A stretch of 26,831 nt of DNA, from positions 1-26,831 of the forward strand of contig JBGANF010000110.1 in the NCBI GenBank assembly GCA_044222475.1. The letters are read 5' to 3'. The notes under the pieces were generated by a model that was given only the letters and a program-made list of their open reading frames with translations, was not told the origin of the DNA and searched no databases. This stretch comes from Polyangiaceae bacterium. GTDB lineage: Bacteria > Myxococcota_A > Polyangia > Polyangiales > Polyangiaceae. The position numbers and the translations under genes are program-made. Below, piece by piece: positions 1 through 7,774 of the stretch. Positions within the stretch are counted from its first letter, which is position 1; every line of letters starts with the position of its first letter.

Positions 1-384
1 GCGCGCCCGCTTCTTCGCGAACGCGCGCGCGGCCTCGAGGTGTCCTTCGGCGGCGAGGGTCAGGTCCCCTACCCGCTCGGCGAGCGCCGCACCGCGGGTC
101 GAGAGGTCGAGCGCTTCGTCGTACGACGACGACGACTGTCGAAGGAGCGCGGCGCGCACGATCCGAAGCTCGGCGAGCTGCCGCTCGGTGATCTCGCGTC
201 GCTGCGAGAGCGCGCCGAACAGCTGGTATGCCTGATCGTAGCGTTCGAGAACCGTGGACGCGCGACCGCGCAAAAGTAGCGCGTCGGTTGCCCCCCCGAG
301 CGCATCTACTGCGGCGAGAGCCTCGGCTGCGTGCAACTCGCGTAGCAGCCGGCGGCCATCTTCGAGTGGTGAGGCTTTCGCCAT
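1..384 (-). CDS. Partial alpha-helical (TPR-like) hypothetical protein, truncated at the left edge
   Basis: Not in the ORF track. Manual translation from ATG 384 (or in-frame ATG 393) is open to position 1: MAKASPLEDGRRLLRELHAAEALAAVDALGG...YDEALDLSTRGAALAERVGDLTLAAEGHLEAARAFAKKRAR. Ala/Leu/Glu/Arg-rich helical-repeat pattern. TAACAT lies 7 nt upstream of ATG 384. Confidence 0.7.
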   Translation of the reverse strand, partial: MAKASPLEDGRRLLRELHAAEALAAVDALGGATDALLLRGRASTVLERYDQAYQLFGALSQRREITERQLAELRIVRAALLRQSSSSYDEALDLSTRGAALAERVGDLTLAAEGHLEAARAFAKKRAR

Positions 385-391
385 CGGGTCC

Positions 392-397
392 ATGTTA
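392..397 (-). promoter_or_regulatory. Putative -10 element (TAACAT) for the left-edge gene
   Basis: TAnnnT hexamer 7 nt upstream of ATG 384, no Shine-Dalgarno. Confidence 0.4.
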
Positions 398-410
398 GCG
401 CGGGACCGGT

Positions 411-416
411 TATGCT
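411..416 (+). promoter_or_regulatory. Putative -10 element (TATGCT) for pap
   Basis: TAnnnT hexamer 6 nt upstream of ATG 423, no Shine-Dalgarno. Confidence 0.45.
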
Positions 417-422
417 GGCGCG

Positions 423-1901
423 ATGTTCGATTCCGCAAACCTGAAGCACGTGATCGACAAGGCGACGTACAAGAAGGAAGAGCCGAAGCTGCGCGCGGCC
501 CTCCTCAACGCCCAGTTCGACGTCTCCCAGGCAAAACGCTTTCCCGTGCTCATCCTCATCGCCGGCGTCGAAGGCGCGGGGAAGAGCGAGACCGTCAACC
601 TCCTTCACGAGTGGATGGATCCGCGGCACATTCAGACGACCGCGTTCGGATCCCGCACCGAAGAGGAGCGCGCGCGCCCGCACATGTGGCGCTACTGGCG
701 ATCGCTGCCGCCGAAGGGCAAGGTCGGCGTCTTCTTCGGCGCGTGGCACACGCTGCCGATCCTCTCGCACACGTTCCGCAAGATCGGCTCCGCGGAGTTC
801 GATCAGTACATCGGCGAAGCGGCGCGCTTCGAGCAGATGCTCGCCGACGAGGGCGTCCTCATGCTGAAGTTCTGGTTCCACCTCACGAAGGAGCAGCAGC
901 GAAAGCGCCTCCGTTCGCTGGAGAAGGATCCGAAGACGCGCTGGCGCGTCACCGAGCAGGACTGGAAGTTCTACAAGAAGCACGAGCGATTCGAGCAGGT
1001 CGCCGAGCACTACCTGCGGTCGACGAGCACCGGCTCGTGTCCGTGGATCGTGGTCGCCGGAAACGACGCTCGCTATCGCAACCTCACCGTCGGCAAGGCG
1101 CTCCTCGCGGCGATGCGCGACCGACTCGACGACAAGGTGAAAGGCCCGACCCCCGACCGCACGCCGCCGCTCCTGGAGTCGGTGGATCGGCAGAACGTGA
1201 TCAAGGCGCTCGACCTCAAACAGAAGGTCGAGAAAGGGAAATACGAGAAGGAGCTGGAGCGCTGGCAAGGGAAGCTCGCACTCCTCTCGCGAGACAAGCG
1301 CTTCGAGAAGCGAGCCGTCGTGTGCGTCTTCGAAGGCAACGACGCGGCCGGCAAGGGCGGCGCCATCCGTCGCGTGACGCAAGCGCTCGACGCGCGGCGG
1401 TACCGCGGAGTGCCGATCGCGGCGCCGACCGAGGAGGAGCGCGCGCAGCCGTACCTCTGGCGGTTCTGGCGTCACCTCCCGGCGCAGGGCATGTTCACGA
1501 TCTTCGATCGCTCGTGGTACGGGCGCGTCCTCGTCGAGCGCGTCGAAGGCTTCTGCGGCGAGGCCGACTGGATGCGTGCCTACGGCGAGATCAACGACTT
1601 CGAGGAGCAGCTGTCCCTTCATGGGATGGTCGTCTGCAAGTTCTGGCTGGCGATCTCCAAGGAAGAGCAGATCAAGCGGTTCAAGGCGCGAGAGAACGTG
1701 GAGTTCAAGCGCTTCAAGATCACCGCCGAGGACTATCGAAACCGGAAGAAGTGGGAGCCGTACGAACAAGCCGTCGCCGACATGGTCGATCGCACGAGCA
1801 CCCAGAGCGCCCCTTGGACGCTGGTCGAAGCGAACGACAAGTACTTCGCTCGTCTCAAGGTGCTGAAGACCATCGTGCGGCGGCTCGAAGAGGCGCTCTA
1901 G
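423..1901 (+). CDS. pap: Polyphosphate:AMP phosphotransferase (two-domain PPK2, class II)
   Basis: 492 aa with two tandem PPK2 domains. N-domain: GVEGAGKS, WMDPR, WRYWRSLPPKG. C-domain: FEGNDAAGKGGAIRR, PTEEE, YLWRFW, FDRSWYGRVLVERVEGF, KITAEDYRNR. Confidence 0.93.
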   Translation: MFDSANLKHVIDKATYKKEEPKLRAALLNAQFDVSQAKRFPVLILIAGVEGAGKSETVNLLHEWMDPRHIQTTAFGSRTEEERARPHMWRYWRSLPPKGKVGVFFGAWHTLPILSHTFRKIGSAEFDQYIGEAARFEQMLADEGVLMLKFWFHLTKEQQRKRLRSLEKDPKTRWRVTEQDWKFYKKHERFEQVAEHYLRSTSTGSCPWIVVAGNDARYRNLTVGKALLAAMRDRLDDKVKGPTPDRTPPLLESVDRQNVIKALDLKQKVEKGKYEKELERWQGKLALLSRDKRFEKRAVVCVFEGNDAAGKGGAIRRVTQALDARRYRGVPIAAPTEEERAQPYLWRFWRHLPAQGMFTIFDRSWYGRVLVERVEGFCGEADWMRAYGEINDFEEQLSLHGMVVCKFWLAISKEEQIKRFKARENVEFKRFKITAEDYRNRKKWEPYEQAVADMVDRTSTQSAPWTLVEANDKYFARLKVLKTIVRRLEEAL

Positions 1902-1910
1902 GCAGGTGGC

Positions 1911-2342
1911 GTGTTCGACTACGTCGAGAGCCGTCCGTTCGTCCTCTCACCGGAGGACGTGAACGCCGCGATCGGGCCAGTGCTCGCGTCGACGGCGCAG
2001 GCGGCGCCGCTCGCGCTGGCGCCGGGAGTGTGGAGCGGTCGAGGGAGCGAGGGCTCGCTGGCGGTGACGCCGAGCTATCACGTGCGCGCGGTCGCGGCGC
2101 CGGCCGGAGGGACGGTGGTCGAGATCCGCGTGCAACCGTCGGTGAGCTTCCTCGCGTGGGCGGTGCTCGCGGTGTGCTTCTTCGTCTTCTTCCCGGCGGC
2201 GCTGTTCTTGATGTGGATGGGGCGAGAGCGCTTCCGGCGGCAAGCGAGGCTCACCGCGTCGAGCATCTTTGCGGCGCTTGGTACCACTTCGGGATTGGTG
2301 GCGGCGGGGTATGCCGCGGCGCCTCCGCCGCCGATGATGTAG
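1911..2342 (+). CDS. Small hypothetical membrane protein
   Basis: GTG start 9 nt after the pap stop, preceded by AGGT. Hydrophobic hairpin (FLAWAVLAVCFFVFFPAALFLMW) and Pro-rich C-terminus. Confidence 0.65.
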   Translation: MFDYVESRPFVLSPEDVNAAIGPVLASTAQAAPLALAPGVWSGRGSEGSLAVTPSYHVRAVAAPAGGTVVEIRVQPSVSFLAWAVLAVCFFVFFPAALFLMWMGRERFRRQARLTASSIFAALGTTSGLVAAGYAAAPPPPMM

Positions 2343-2441
2343 CGGAAGCGGAAGCGGAAGCGGAAGCGGAAGCGGAAGCGGAAGCGGAAGCGGAAGCGGA
2401 AGCGGAAGCGGAAGCGGAAGCGGAAGCGGAAGCGGAAGCGG
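2341..2441. repeat. Perfect hexanucleotide tandem repeat (AGCGGA)16 plus a partial unit AGCGG
   Basis: Read directly. 16 identical units starting within the TAG stop at 2340-2342 and ending 6 nt before the convergent stop at 2448-2450. Confidence 0.97.
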
Positions 2442-2447
2442 CGTCCG

Positions 2448-3311
2448 TCAGCTCCGCGTCAGCAGGACCGCCCCCATCGTCACCAGCGCGGCTCCGATCA
2501 GGACGAGCCGCCGCGGGCGCTCTCCCAGCGCGATCCCGAGCCCCTGCGCGAACAGGATCGACACGTTGCGCAGCGTCAGGACCACGCCCGCTCCCGCGCT
2601 CTTCATCGCGAACAGAAAGACGAGAAACCCCACCGACCCGAGCACACCACCGACCGCCACGCGCACCGGCTCCTGGCGAAACGAGCGAAGAACGAGCGCG
2701 CGGCGGGACGACGTGAGCGCGACGAGGTTCAAGAGGACGGCGGTCGAGAGCGACAGCCCGTTCACCGCCTCCGGGCGTCCTCCGTTCGACAGCGCGAGTT
2801 TGTACGCCAGGTGATAACCGCCGACGAAGAGCGCACAGACCGCGGCGACGACGAGCCCCGAACGCACGACGCCGTGATCCTCCGGCTTCACCGTCGGTGA
2901 GCCATCCGCGAAGCCCGTCGCCGCGAGCCCCAGCCCGACGAGCACCGTTCCGATCGCGCGCCCGAACGTCATCGACTCGCCGAGGACCAGCATCGAGATC
3001 GGCCACACCACGACGAGCGCTCCGCCGCGAACGATCGTGTACACGCGGCCGAGCGGCGCCCGTGAGAGCGCTCGCGACAGCGTCACGAAGTAGCCCGCTT
3101 CGAGGACACCCGACGCCAGGATCCATCCCAGCGCCTTCGGCGCCGGGATCGGCGTGCGCAGCGCGAGCGCGATCACCGAGCCGACCGCCGCAGCCACGCC
3201 CATCATCGCGACGATCGTGTTCTCCGGGTCGCGCGACCGCTTGAGGAGCGCGTTCCACGTTGCGTGCGCGAGCGCCGACCCGAGCACGAGGAGGACGACG
3301 GCGACCGTCAC
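2448..3311 (-). CDS. EamA/DMT family transporter
   Basis: Real start is GTG 3311, overlapping the upstream TGA (GTGA). About 10 hydrophobic segments; AHATWNALLK, VYTIVRG, LVLGE, TLRNVSILF and ALGE motifs typical of two-repeat EamA proteins. The ORF-track extension to 3743 is a shadow. Confidence 0.88.
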   Translation of the reverse strand: MTVAVVLLVLGSALAHATWNALLKRSRDPENTIVAMMGVAAAVGSVIALALRTPIPAPKALGWILASGVLEAGYFVTLSRALSRAPLGRVYTIVRGGALVVVWPISMLVLGESMTFGRAIGTVLVGLGLAATGFADGSPTVKPEDHGVVRSGLVVAAVCALFVGGYHLAYKLALSNGGRPEAVNGLSLSTAVLLNLVALTSSRRALVLRSFRQEPVRVAVGGVLGSVGFLVFLFAMKSAGAGVVLTLRNVSILFAQGLGIALGERPRRLVLIGAALVTMGAVLLTRS

Positions 3312-3784
3312 CCGCGGGCGAACCTCTTCCACACGTCCGGCAACGGCCCGCCGATGAGCTTCTCGGCACCCGCTTCGTCGAGCACGACGAACGTGTACTC
3401 CCCCTCGAAGCACAGCGCCGCAGCCTGGGTGATCTCCACCCGGCATACGACCACCCGCGTCGTGTCCCGCACGATCGTCCCGCGCGCGACGAGCTCCTCT
3501 CCGATGCGCACCGGCTTCTTCAGCTTCCCCGAGAACGACGCCGTGAACCCGAACTTCCCGAGCAGCCCGATGATCGCCCACGCGCCGACCTCGTCGCCGA
3601 GCGTCATCACGAGGCCGCCGTGCATGATCCCCGGAGGGCCCTGGTACGTGTCGCCCGGGACGAACCGGGTCACGATCGCTCCGTCGTCCTTCGCGAAGCG
3701 AAGGTGAAATCCGATGGGGTGGTCCGGGCTGCAGCCGAAGCACGGCTGGCCGGCGCCGAACACGTGCGGGTCGAGCTCCTCCAT
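3308..3784 (-). CDS. PaaI family (hotdog-fold) thioesterase
   Basis: CFGCSPDHPIG N-terminal motif and YQGPPGIMHGGLVMTLGDE hotdog signature. Start at ATG 3784 is supported by TAGGAT 7 nt upstream. Confidence 0.88.
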   Translation of the reverse strand: MEELDPHVFGAGQPCFGCSPDHPIGFHLRFAKDDGAIVTRFVPGDTYQGPPGIMHGGLVMTLGDEVGAWAIIGLLGKFGFTASFSGKLKKPVRIGEELVARGTIVRDTTRVVVCRVEITQAAALCFEGEYTFVVLDEAGAEKLIGGPLPDVWKRFARG

Positions 3785-3791
3785 GCGCGGC

Positions 3792-3797
3792 ATCCTA
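3792..3797 (-). promoter_or_regulatory. Putative -10 element (TAGGAT) for the PaaI-EamA operon
   Basis: TAnnnT hexamer 7 nt upstream of ATG 3784. Confidence 0.4.
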
Positions 3798-3851
3798 GTG
3801 GAACCACACGAAGAGGGTGCGCCGCGCCTTTTCGCGTGATACTTACAACGT

Positions 3852-4892
3852 ATGCGTAGCACCTACCTCTTCGCTTTCGTCCTCCTTTCAGCTTGCGGCG
3901 GCTCGACGCCGGTCACGTCCACGTCCGACGCAGGAAAGCTCGACGCCGCAAAGGACGCCGGCGACGCCAGTCCCCTCCCCGACGGGGCGCCTCCATGCGG
4001 CGCCGAGTGCGACGGCTTCGCCGTCCAGAACTTCTACGCCGGTGACTCCACCCGTGGCGCCTTCACCGTGAGCCCCACCGCGTGGCAGGCCTTCGGCGAC
4101 GACATCGACGGTAAGACGACGCTCTCGAGCTCGACCGACGTGTGCCAGCGCGCGAACGGCGCGCCGTCGTCGGTCCAAGTCGACGGCCCTGGGGGGCTCG
4201 ACAACGGCTTCGGTGCATCGTTCGTCCCGCTCATCCAGAGCCTCACCGGCAACCCGGATCTCTCCTTCACCGGCACGACGCAGATCGGAAACGGCAAAGC
4301 GAGCACGAGCCTCTTCGCGATCGACGGCAGCGGCGTCGGCACCGCCAAGACCCGCTCCTACGCGGGGCTCGCGCTCGGCTCGAAGCCGCTCTTCGACGGC
4401 ACCGACGTGTGGCCCATCGCCGACGAGTCCGTCACCGACGGCGACCGCATGAAACCCGTCACGGTGTTCCCCGCGTCGACGCTCGATGGCGGCGCGTTCG
4501 ACACCGGGCCCAACTCCGCCGGCCCCAACGGCTGGGTCCTCGTCCAGATCGACAAGACCGCGTTCCGCATCCCGATCCGCAAGATGCGTCTCCACGGCAC
4601 GGTCAAAGGCGACACGATCGAGGACGGCATCATCTCCGGAGTCGTCCGCACCGAAGAGCTCATCACCGAGATGAAGCGCGTGCTCGGCACCGCGAGCACG
4701 AGCTTCTGCTCGAGCAGCACGTTCGACTCCATCGCGCAGCAGATCAAGCAGATGCAGGACATCCTCGACGACGGCACCCAGGACTCGGCGAAGCCCTGCA
4801 ACGCCATCTCGGTCGGCCTCGGTTTCGAAGCGAAGAAGATCCGTCTCGGCGCGGTCACGCTCACCCCGACCACGCCGAACCCCTGTCCCTGA
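3852..4892 (+). CDS. Hypothetical myxobacterial lipoprotein
   Basis: Signal peptide with lipobox LSA-C, then a DAG-rich linker and an acidic Gly/Asp-rich globular region (GDDIDG, DGPGGLDNGFG, DILDDG) with several Cys. High-GC3 codons. Confidence 0.85.
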   Translation: MRSTYLFAFVLLSACGGSTPVTSTSDAGKLDAAKDAGDASPLPDGAPPCGAECDGFAVQNFYAGDSTRGAFTVSPTAWQAFGDDIDGKTTLSSSTDVCQRANGAPSSVQVDGPGGLDNGFGASFVPLIQSLTGNPDLSFTGTTQIGNGKASTSLFAIDGSGVGTAKTRSYAGLALGSKPLFDGTDVWPIADESVTDGDRMKPVTVFPASTLDGGAFDTGPNSAGPNGWVLVQIDKTAFRIPIRKMRLHGTVKGDTIEDGIISGVVRTEELITEMKRVLGTASTSFCSSSTFDSIAQQIKQMQDILDDGTQDSAKPCNAISVGLGFEAKKIRLGAVTLTPTTPNPCP

Positions 4893-4926
4893 TCGGCTCT
4901 CGTCACGAACGGTAGGTCTTAGGACG

Positions 4927-6039
4927 TTGACGTCGCCGCGCCGAGGTCGCATCCTCGATCCCTTGGAGGCGACCTCATCGACAGCGGCGTCCACGACGCC
5001 GACGGATGCGAAGTCACGTTGGGCGGCGTTCGCGGTGTGGTTCTACGCCTTCGGCTATTTCGCCGCGTACCTCCCCTACAGCGCGCTGGCGAAGGCGCTC
5101 ACGAAAGGCTGGGTCTCCCAGGTCGGGCGCGCGCTCGGCGGGCTCGAGATCCTCCCGATCTCCGCGCTCACGTCGATGTTCGCGATGGTGATCACGATCA
5201 GCGCGCTGCGCTGGTGGGGCTACGCCGGAACGCGGAAGATCGCCGGCTTCGACGTCCCGTCTCCAGGGATCTGGACGTTCCTCAGCGGCCTCGCGACCGC
5301 CGCGATCGTCGTCACCACGACGCTCGCGTACACGTTCAGCGGCGTGAGCATCCCGCTCGTGATGCTCTTCATGCGGGGCGGAGTGTTGCTCATCGCACCC
5401 ATCGTCGACCTCCTCAGCGGACGCAAGGTGCGCTGGTTCTCGGCGGTCGCGCTCGTGCTCTCGTTCCTCGCGCTCCTCGATGCGCTCACCCAGAGCCGCG
5501 ACTTCAAGATGCCCGCGCTGCTCATCGCGGACATCACGCTCTACCTCGCGAGCTACTTCGTTCGTCTCCGCTTCATGAGCCGCACCGCCAAGTCCGAAGA
5601 CAAGGCGATCCGACTTCGCTACTTCGTCGAAGAGCAGATGGTCGCCACGCCCTCCGCGGTCATCATCCTCGGAGTCCTCGCAGCGATCGGCACCGGTCCC
5701 CTCGCCGAGCTACGCAGAGGCTTCGTCGACATGTGGTCGAGCCCAGCGCTCCCCTACGTCGCCCTCGTCGGTCTCCTCTCGCAAGGCACCGGCGTCTTCG
5801 GCGGGCTCGTCCTCCTCGACGCCCGCGAGAACTCGTTCTCGGTGCCGCTGAACCGCGCGTCGAGCATCCTCGCCGGCGTCGGCGCGGCGTTCCTCCTCGC
5901 CTTCGTCTATGCCGGCATCAAGTCGCCGCCGCACAAGCCGCCCGCGTTCGAGCTCGTCGGCGCAGGGCTCCTCGTCGTCGCCATCCTCGTCCTCTCCCTC
6001 GGGCCGCAGATCGGGAAGAAGAAGACCGCTCCGACGTGA
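4927..6039 (+). CDS. Multi-pass membrane protein, DMT-like, function unknown
   Basis: About 10 hydrophobic segments with charged loops (MRGGVLLIAPIVD, RYFVEEQMVA, ENSFSVPLNRASS). Strong coding-like codon bias. TTG start is uncertain. Confidence 0.75.
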   Translation: MTSPRRGRILDPLEATSSTAASTTPTDAKSRWAAFAVWFYAFGYFAAYLPYSALAKALTKGWVSQVGRALGGLEILPISALTSMFAMVITISALRWWGYAGTRKIAGFDVPSPGIWTFLSGLATAAIVVTTTLAYTFSGVSIPLVMLFMRGGVLLIAPIVDLLSGRKVRWFSAVALVLSFLALLDALTQSRDFKMPALLIADITLYLASYFVRLRFMSRTAKSEDKAIRLRYFVEEQMVATPSAVIILGVLAAIGTGPLAELRRGFVDMWSSPALPYVALVGLLSQGTGVFGGLVLLDARENSFSVPLNRASSILAGVGAAFLLAFVYAGIKSPPHKPPAFELVGAGLLVVAILVLSLGPQIGKKKTAPT

Positions 6040-6042
6040 GGC

Positions 6043-6561
6043 TCACTTCGCGCGCATCAAGATGCGCGCTTTGGCGAACGTCGCGGCGACGCCCGCCTTG
6101 CCCGCTTCGGCCGCCATCGCGTCGAGCATCGCCAGCGCTTGATCGCGCGTGCACGTCGTCCCGGCGATCTTCATCAGGACCCAGTGGCGACGGACGAGCG
6201 CGAGAGCGTGCTCCGGATCGAGCGACGCCCCGAACGCGGCCGCGATGTCCTCCGGATAGACCTCGGTGCCCGTCGGAGTGCTGCGCCGAACGCCGCTCGG
6301 TGCCTCCTGCGGGAACACCTGGAACTTCCCGGTGGCCCGGATGCGGCCCCGGCGCGTCGCCGCGAAGCGCGCCGTCACCCCGATGATCCCCTCGCGGCGC
6401 CCGAGCGCTTCGAGCACGCGTCCCATCGCGGGATCATCGAGCTTGTCCGCCGACAAGCCGAGCTCGCGGATCGCGTCGAGGACGATCTGCTCCGCACGCT
6501 CCGCGCCCATGGTGGTCGCGAAGATGGAGACGAGCTGTGCGAGCCTCCCCGTTGGATCCAT
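6043..6561 (-). CDS. Hypothetical cytoplasmic protein with two tandem ~64-aa helical repeats
   Basis: ATG preceded by GAGG. The two halves align without gaps and both end in G-x-x-GV-x-A-x-FA-x-x-R. Confidence 0.8.
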   Translation of the reverse strand: MDPTGRLAQLVSIFATTMGAERAEQIVLDAIRELGLSADKLDDPAMGRVLEALGRREGIIGVTARFAATRRGRIRATGKFQVFPQEAPSGVRRSTPTGTEVYPEDIAAAFGASLDPEHALALVRRHWVLMKIAGTTCTRDQALAMLDAMAAEAGKAGVAATFAKARILMRAK

Positions 6562-6651
6562 GATGACCTCACCACGCTACCCCGGTTTACGTCGTCATTG
6601 AAGTCCCGCCGGACTCGACGAAAAAGTCTCCCGATCTCGCGGAGCTGCGCG

Positions 6652-7647
6652 TCACGGGCAACAGATCGTGTACGGCAACGTCGAACCGACCGAGCCCGTC
6701 GGTTGGTACCCCGCCGAGTTGCACTTCTGGTTGACCGTCACCGTCATGCCGATGGCGTCCGCCGACACGCCGCTGCTGCTGATGACGTGACAGAGACCGT
6801 CGAGGGCGAAGGACTGACCCTCCTTCTTGGTGCCCGTGCAACCGTTGTCTTGGTAGAGCTGCGCATCCGCGGTGCAGGTCGGCGCAGGAGTGCACGTACA
6901 CGCCGGACCACAATCGCGGGTGTCGGCGACCGCGGCTCCGACTCGGCGCTTCACCGGGTACCCGGCCGGACACGCGGCGTCGGGTTGGTCGCTGAGCACG
7001 CAGGTCGTGAACTTGGCGGTGGGATCGGGAACGCAATCGCTCGAGGCCGCACACCCTCCGCCGACCCCAGCGACGAGCGCGCACGCCTGGCCGGTGTGAA
7101 CGTCCACCGGGGGAAGCGTCTTCGACTGCGAGGGTAGGCCGCAGGTCCCCGGCGTGACGTTGAACGTCGGCGAGCCCTTGATGGAGAGCGGGCCACTGAC
7201 CGTGTACTTCGGTCCCCAATCCCAACACGTTTGATCGGGCGGGCTCCCCGAGAGCGTGAGGTCGACGTTGGTCGAGCAGTTCGCGCTCTGGAACGTGGTC
7301 GCAGCGATCGACTTCACCGTGCACGTGGTGGGGTTCGCCGGGAGGCAACCGCACTGGCAGTCGGCAGGAGCCGCCAACGCCTCGACCGCGGCGCGCGGCG
7401 CCGCGGCGAACGGACCCGTGCACGCGTCGGTGCCGTCTCTCTCGTACGCCACGTAGGTCCACCCCGCGCCTGGCGACGGGAGACAGGTGCACTTCAGCCC
7501 CGCATCGGTCAGCCCCGTGATCCTGTCGGCTGCGACGTCGACGATGCCAGCGTCGTCCGAGGGCATCGTGCCGGAGGACGACAGCCCGCAGCCGACGAGG
7601 CCGACGAAGCCGGCGAACGCGGCGAAAGGGGCGAGTCTGCGGGTCAT
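6652..7647 (-). CDS. Cys-rich lipoprotein (25 Cys)
   Basis: Start at ATG 7647 (MTRRLAPFAAFAGFVGLVG-C lipobox). Contains CxCxC, CPAGYP and a C-terminal CC. The ORF-track extension to 8073 overlaps the divergent gene and is rejected. Confidence 0.85.
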   Translation of the reverse strand: MTRRLAPFAAFAGFVGLVGCGLSSSGTMPSDDAGIVDVAADRITGLTDAGLKCTCLPSPGAGWTYVAYERDGTDACTGPFAAAPRAAVEALAAPADCQCGCLPANPTTCTVKSIAATTFQSANCSTNVDLTLSGSPPDQTCWDWGPKYTVSGPLSIKGSPTFNVTPGTCGLPSQSKTLPPVDVHTGQACALVAGVGGGCAASSDCVPDPTAKFTTCVLSDQPDAACPAGYPVKRRVGAAVADTRDCGPACTCTPAPTCTADAQLYQDNGCTGTKKEGQSFALDGLCHVISSSGVSADAIGMTVTVNQKCNSAGYQPTGSVGSTLPYTICCP

Positions 7648-7774
7648 GCGGTCGGAAACCACATCGTAGCTTGGATGTCGGTGCCGCGCGCGCGTGCGGT
7701 GGTTACAAAAAGCGCCGACGCTTCGGTACCACGGCGTGACAGTGTCGGCCGTTTGAGCGATAAAGCGCGCTGCA

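Noticed and set aside
423..1140. Degenerate N-terminal PPK2 domain (FFGAWH instead of FDRSWY) as a novelty
   Set aside because: A divergent N-terminal domain is a known trait of two-domain class II PPK2 enzymes.
2341..2441. The repeat as a CRISPR array or a CsrA/RsmA-sponge RNA
   Set aside because: No spacers and no cas genes. The GGA motifs sit in GCGGA rather than ANGGA context, and no promoter or terminator for a separate RNA is visible.
254..2716. 820-aa plus-strand ORF with an (AE)n tract, and the 2251-3369 minus-strand ORF with an (AS)n tract
   Set aside because: Arg-rich off-frame shadows of pap and EamA. The dipeptide tracts are just translations of the intergenic hexamer repeat.
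7738..7746. GACA-G-TGTC palindrome as the same operator as 17623-17634
   Set aside because: Different spacing and only 4-bp arms, with no sigma54 motif nearby. Not distinguishable from chance.
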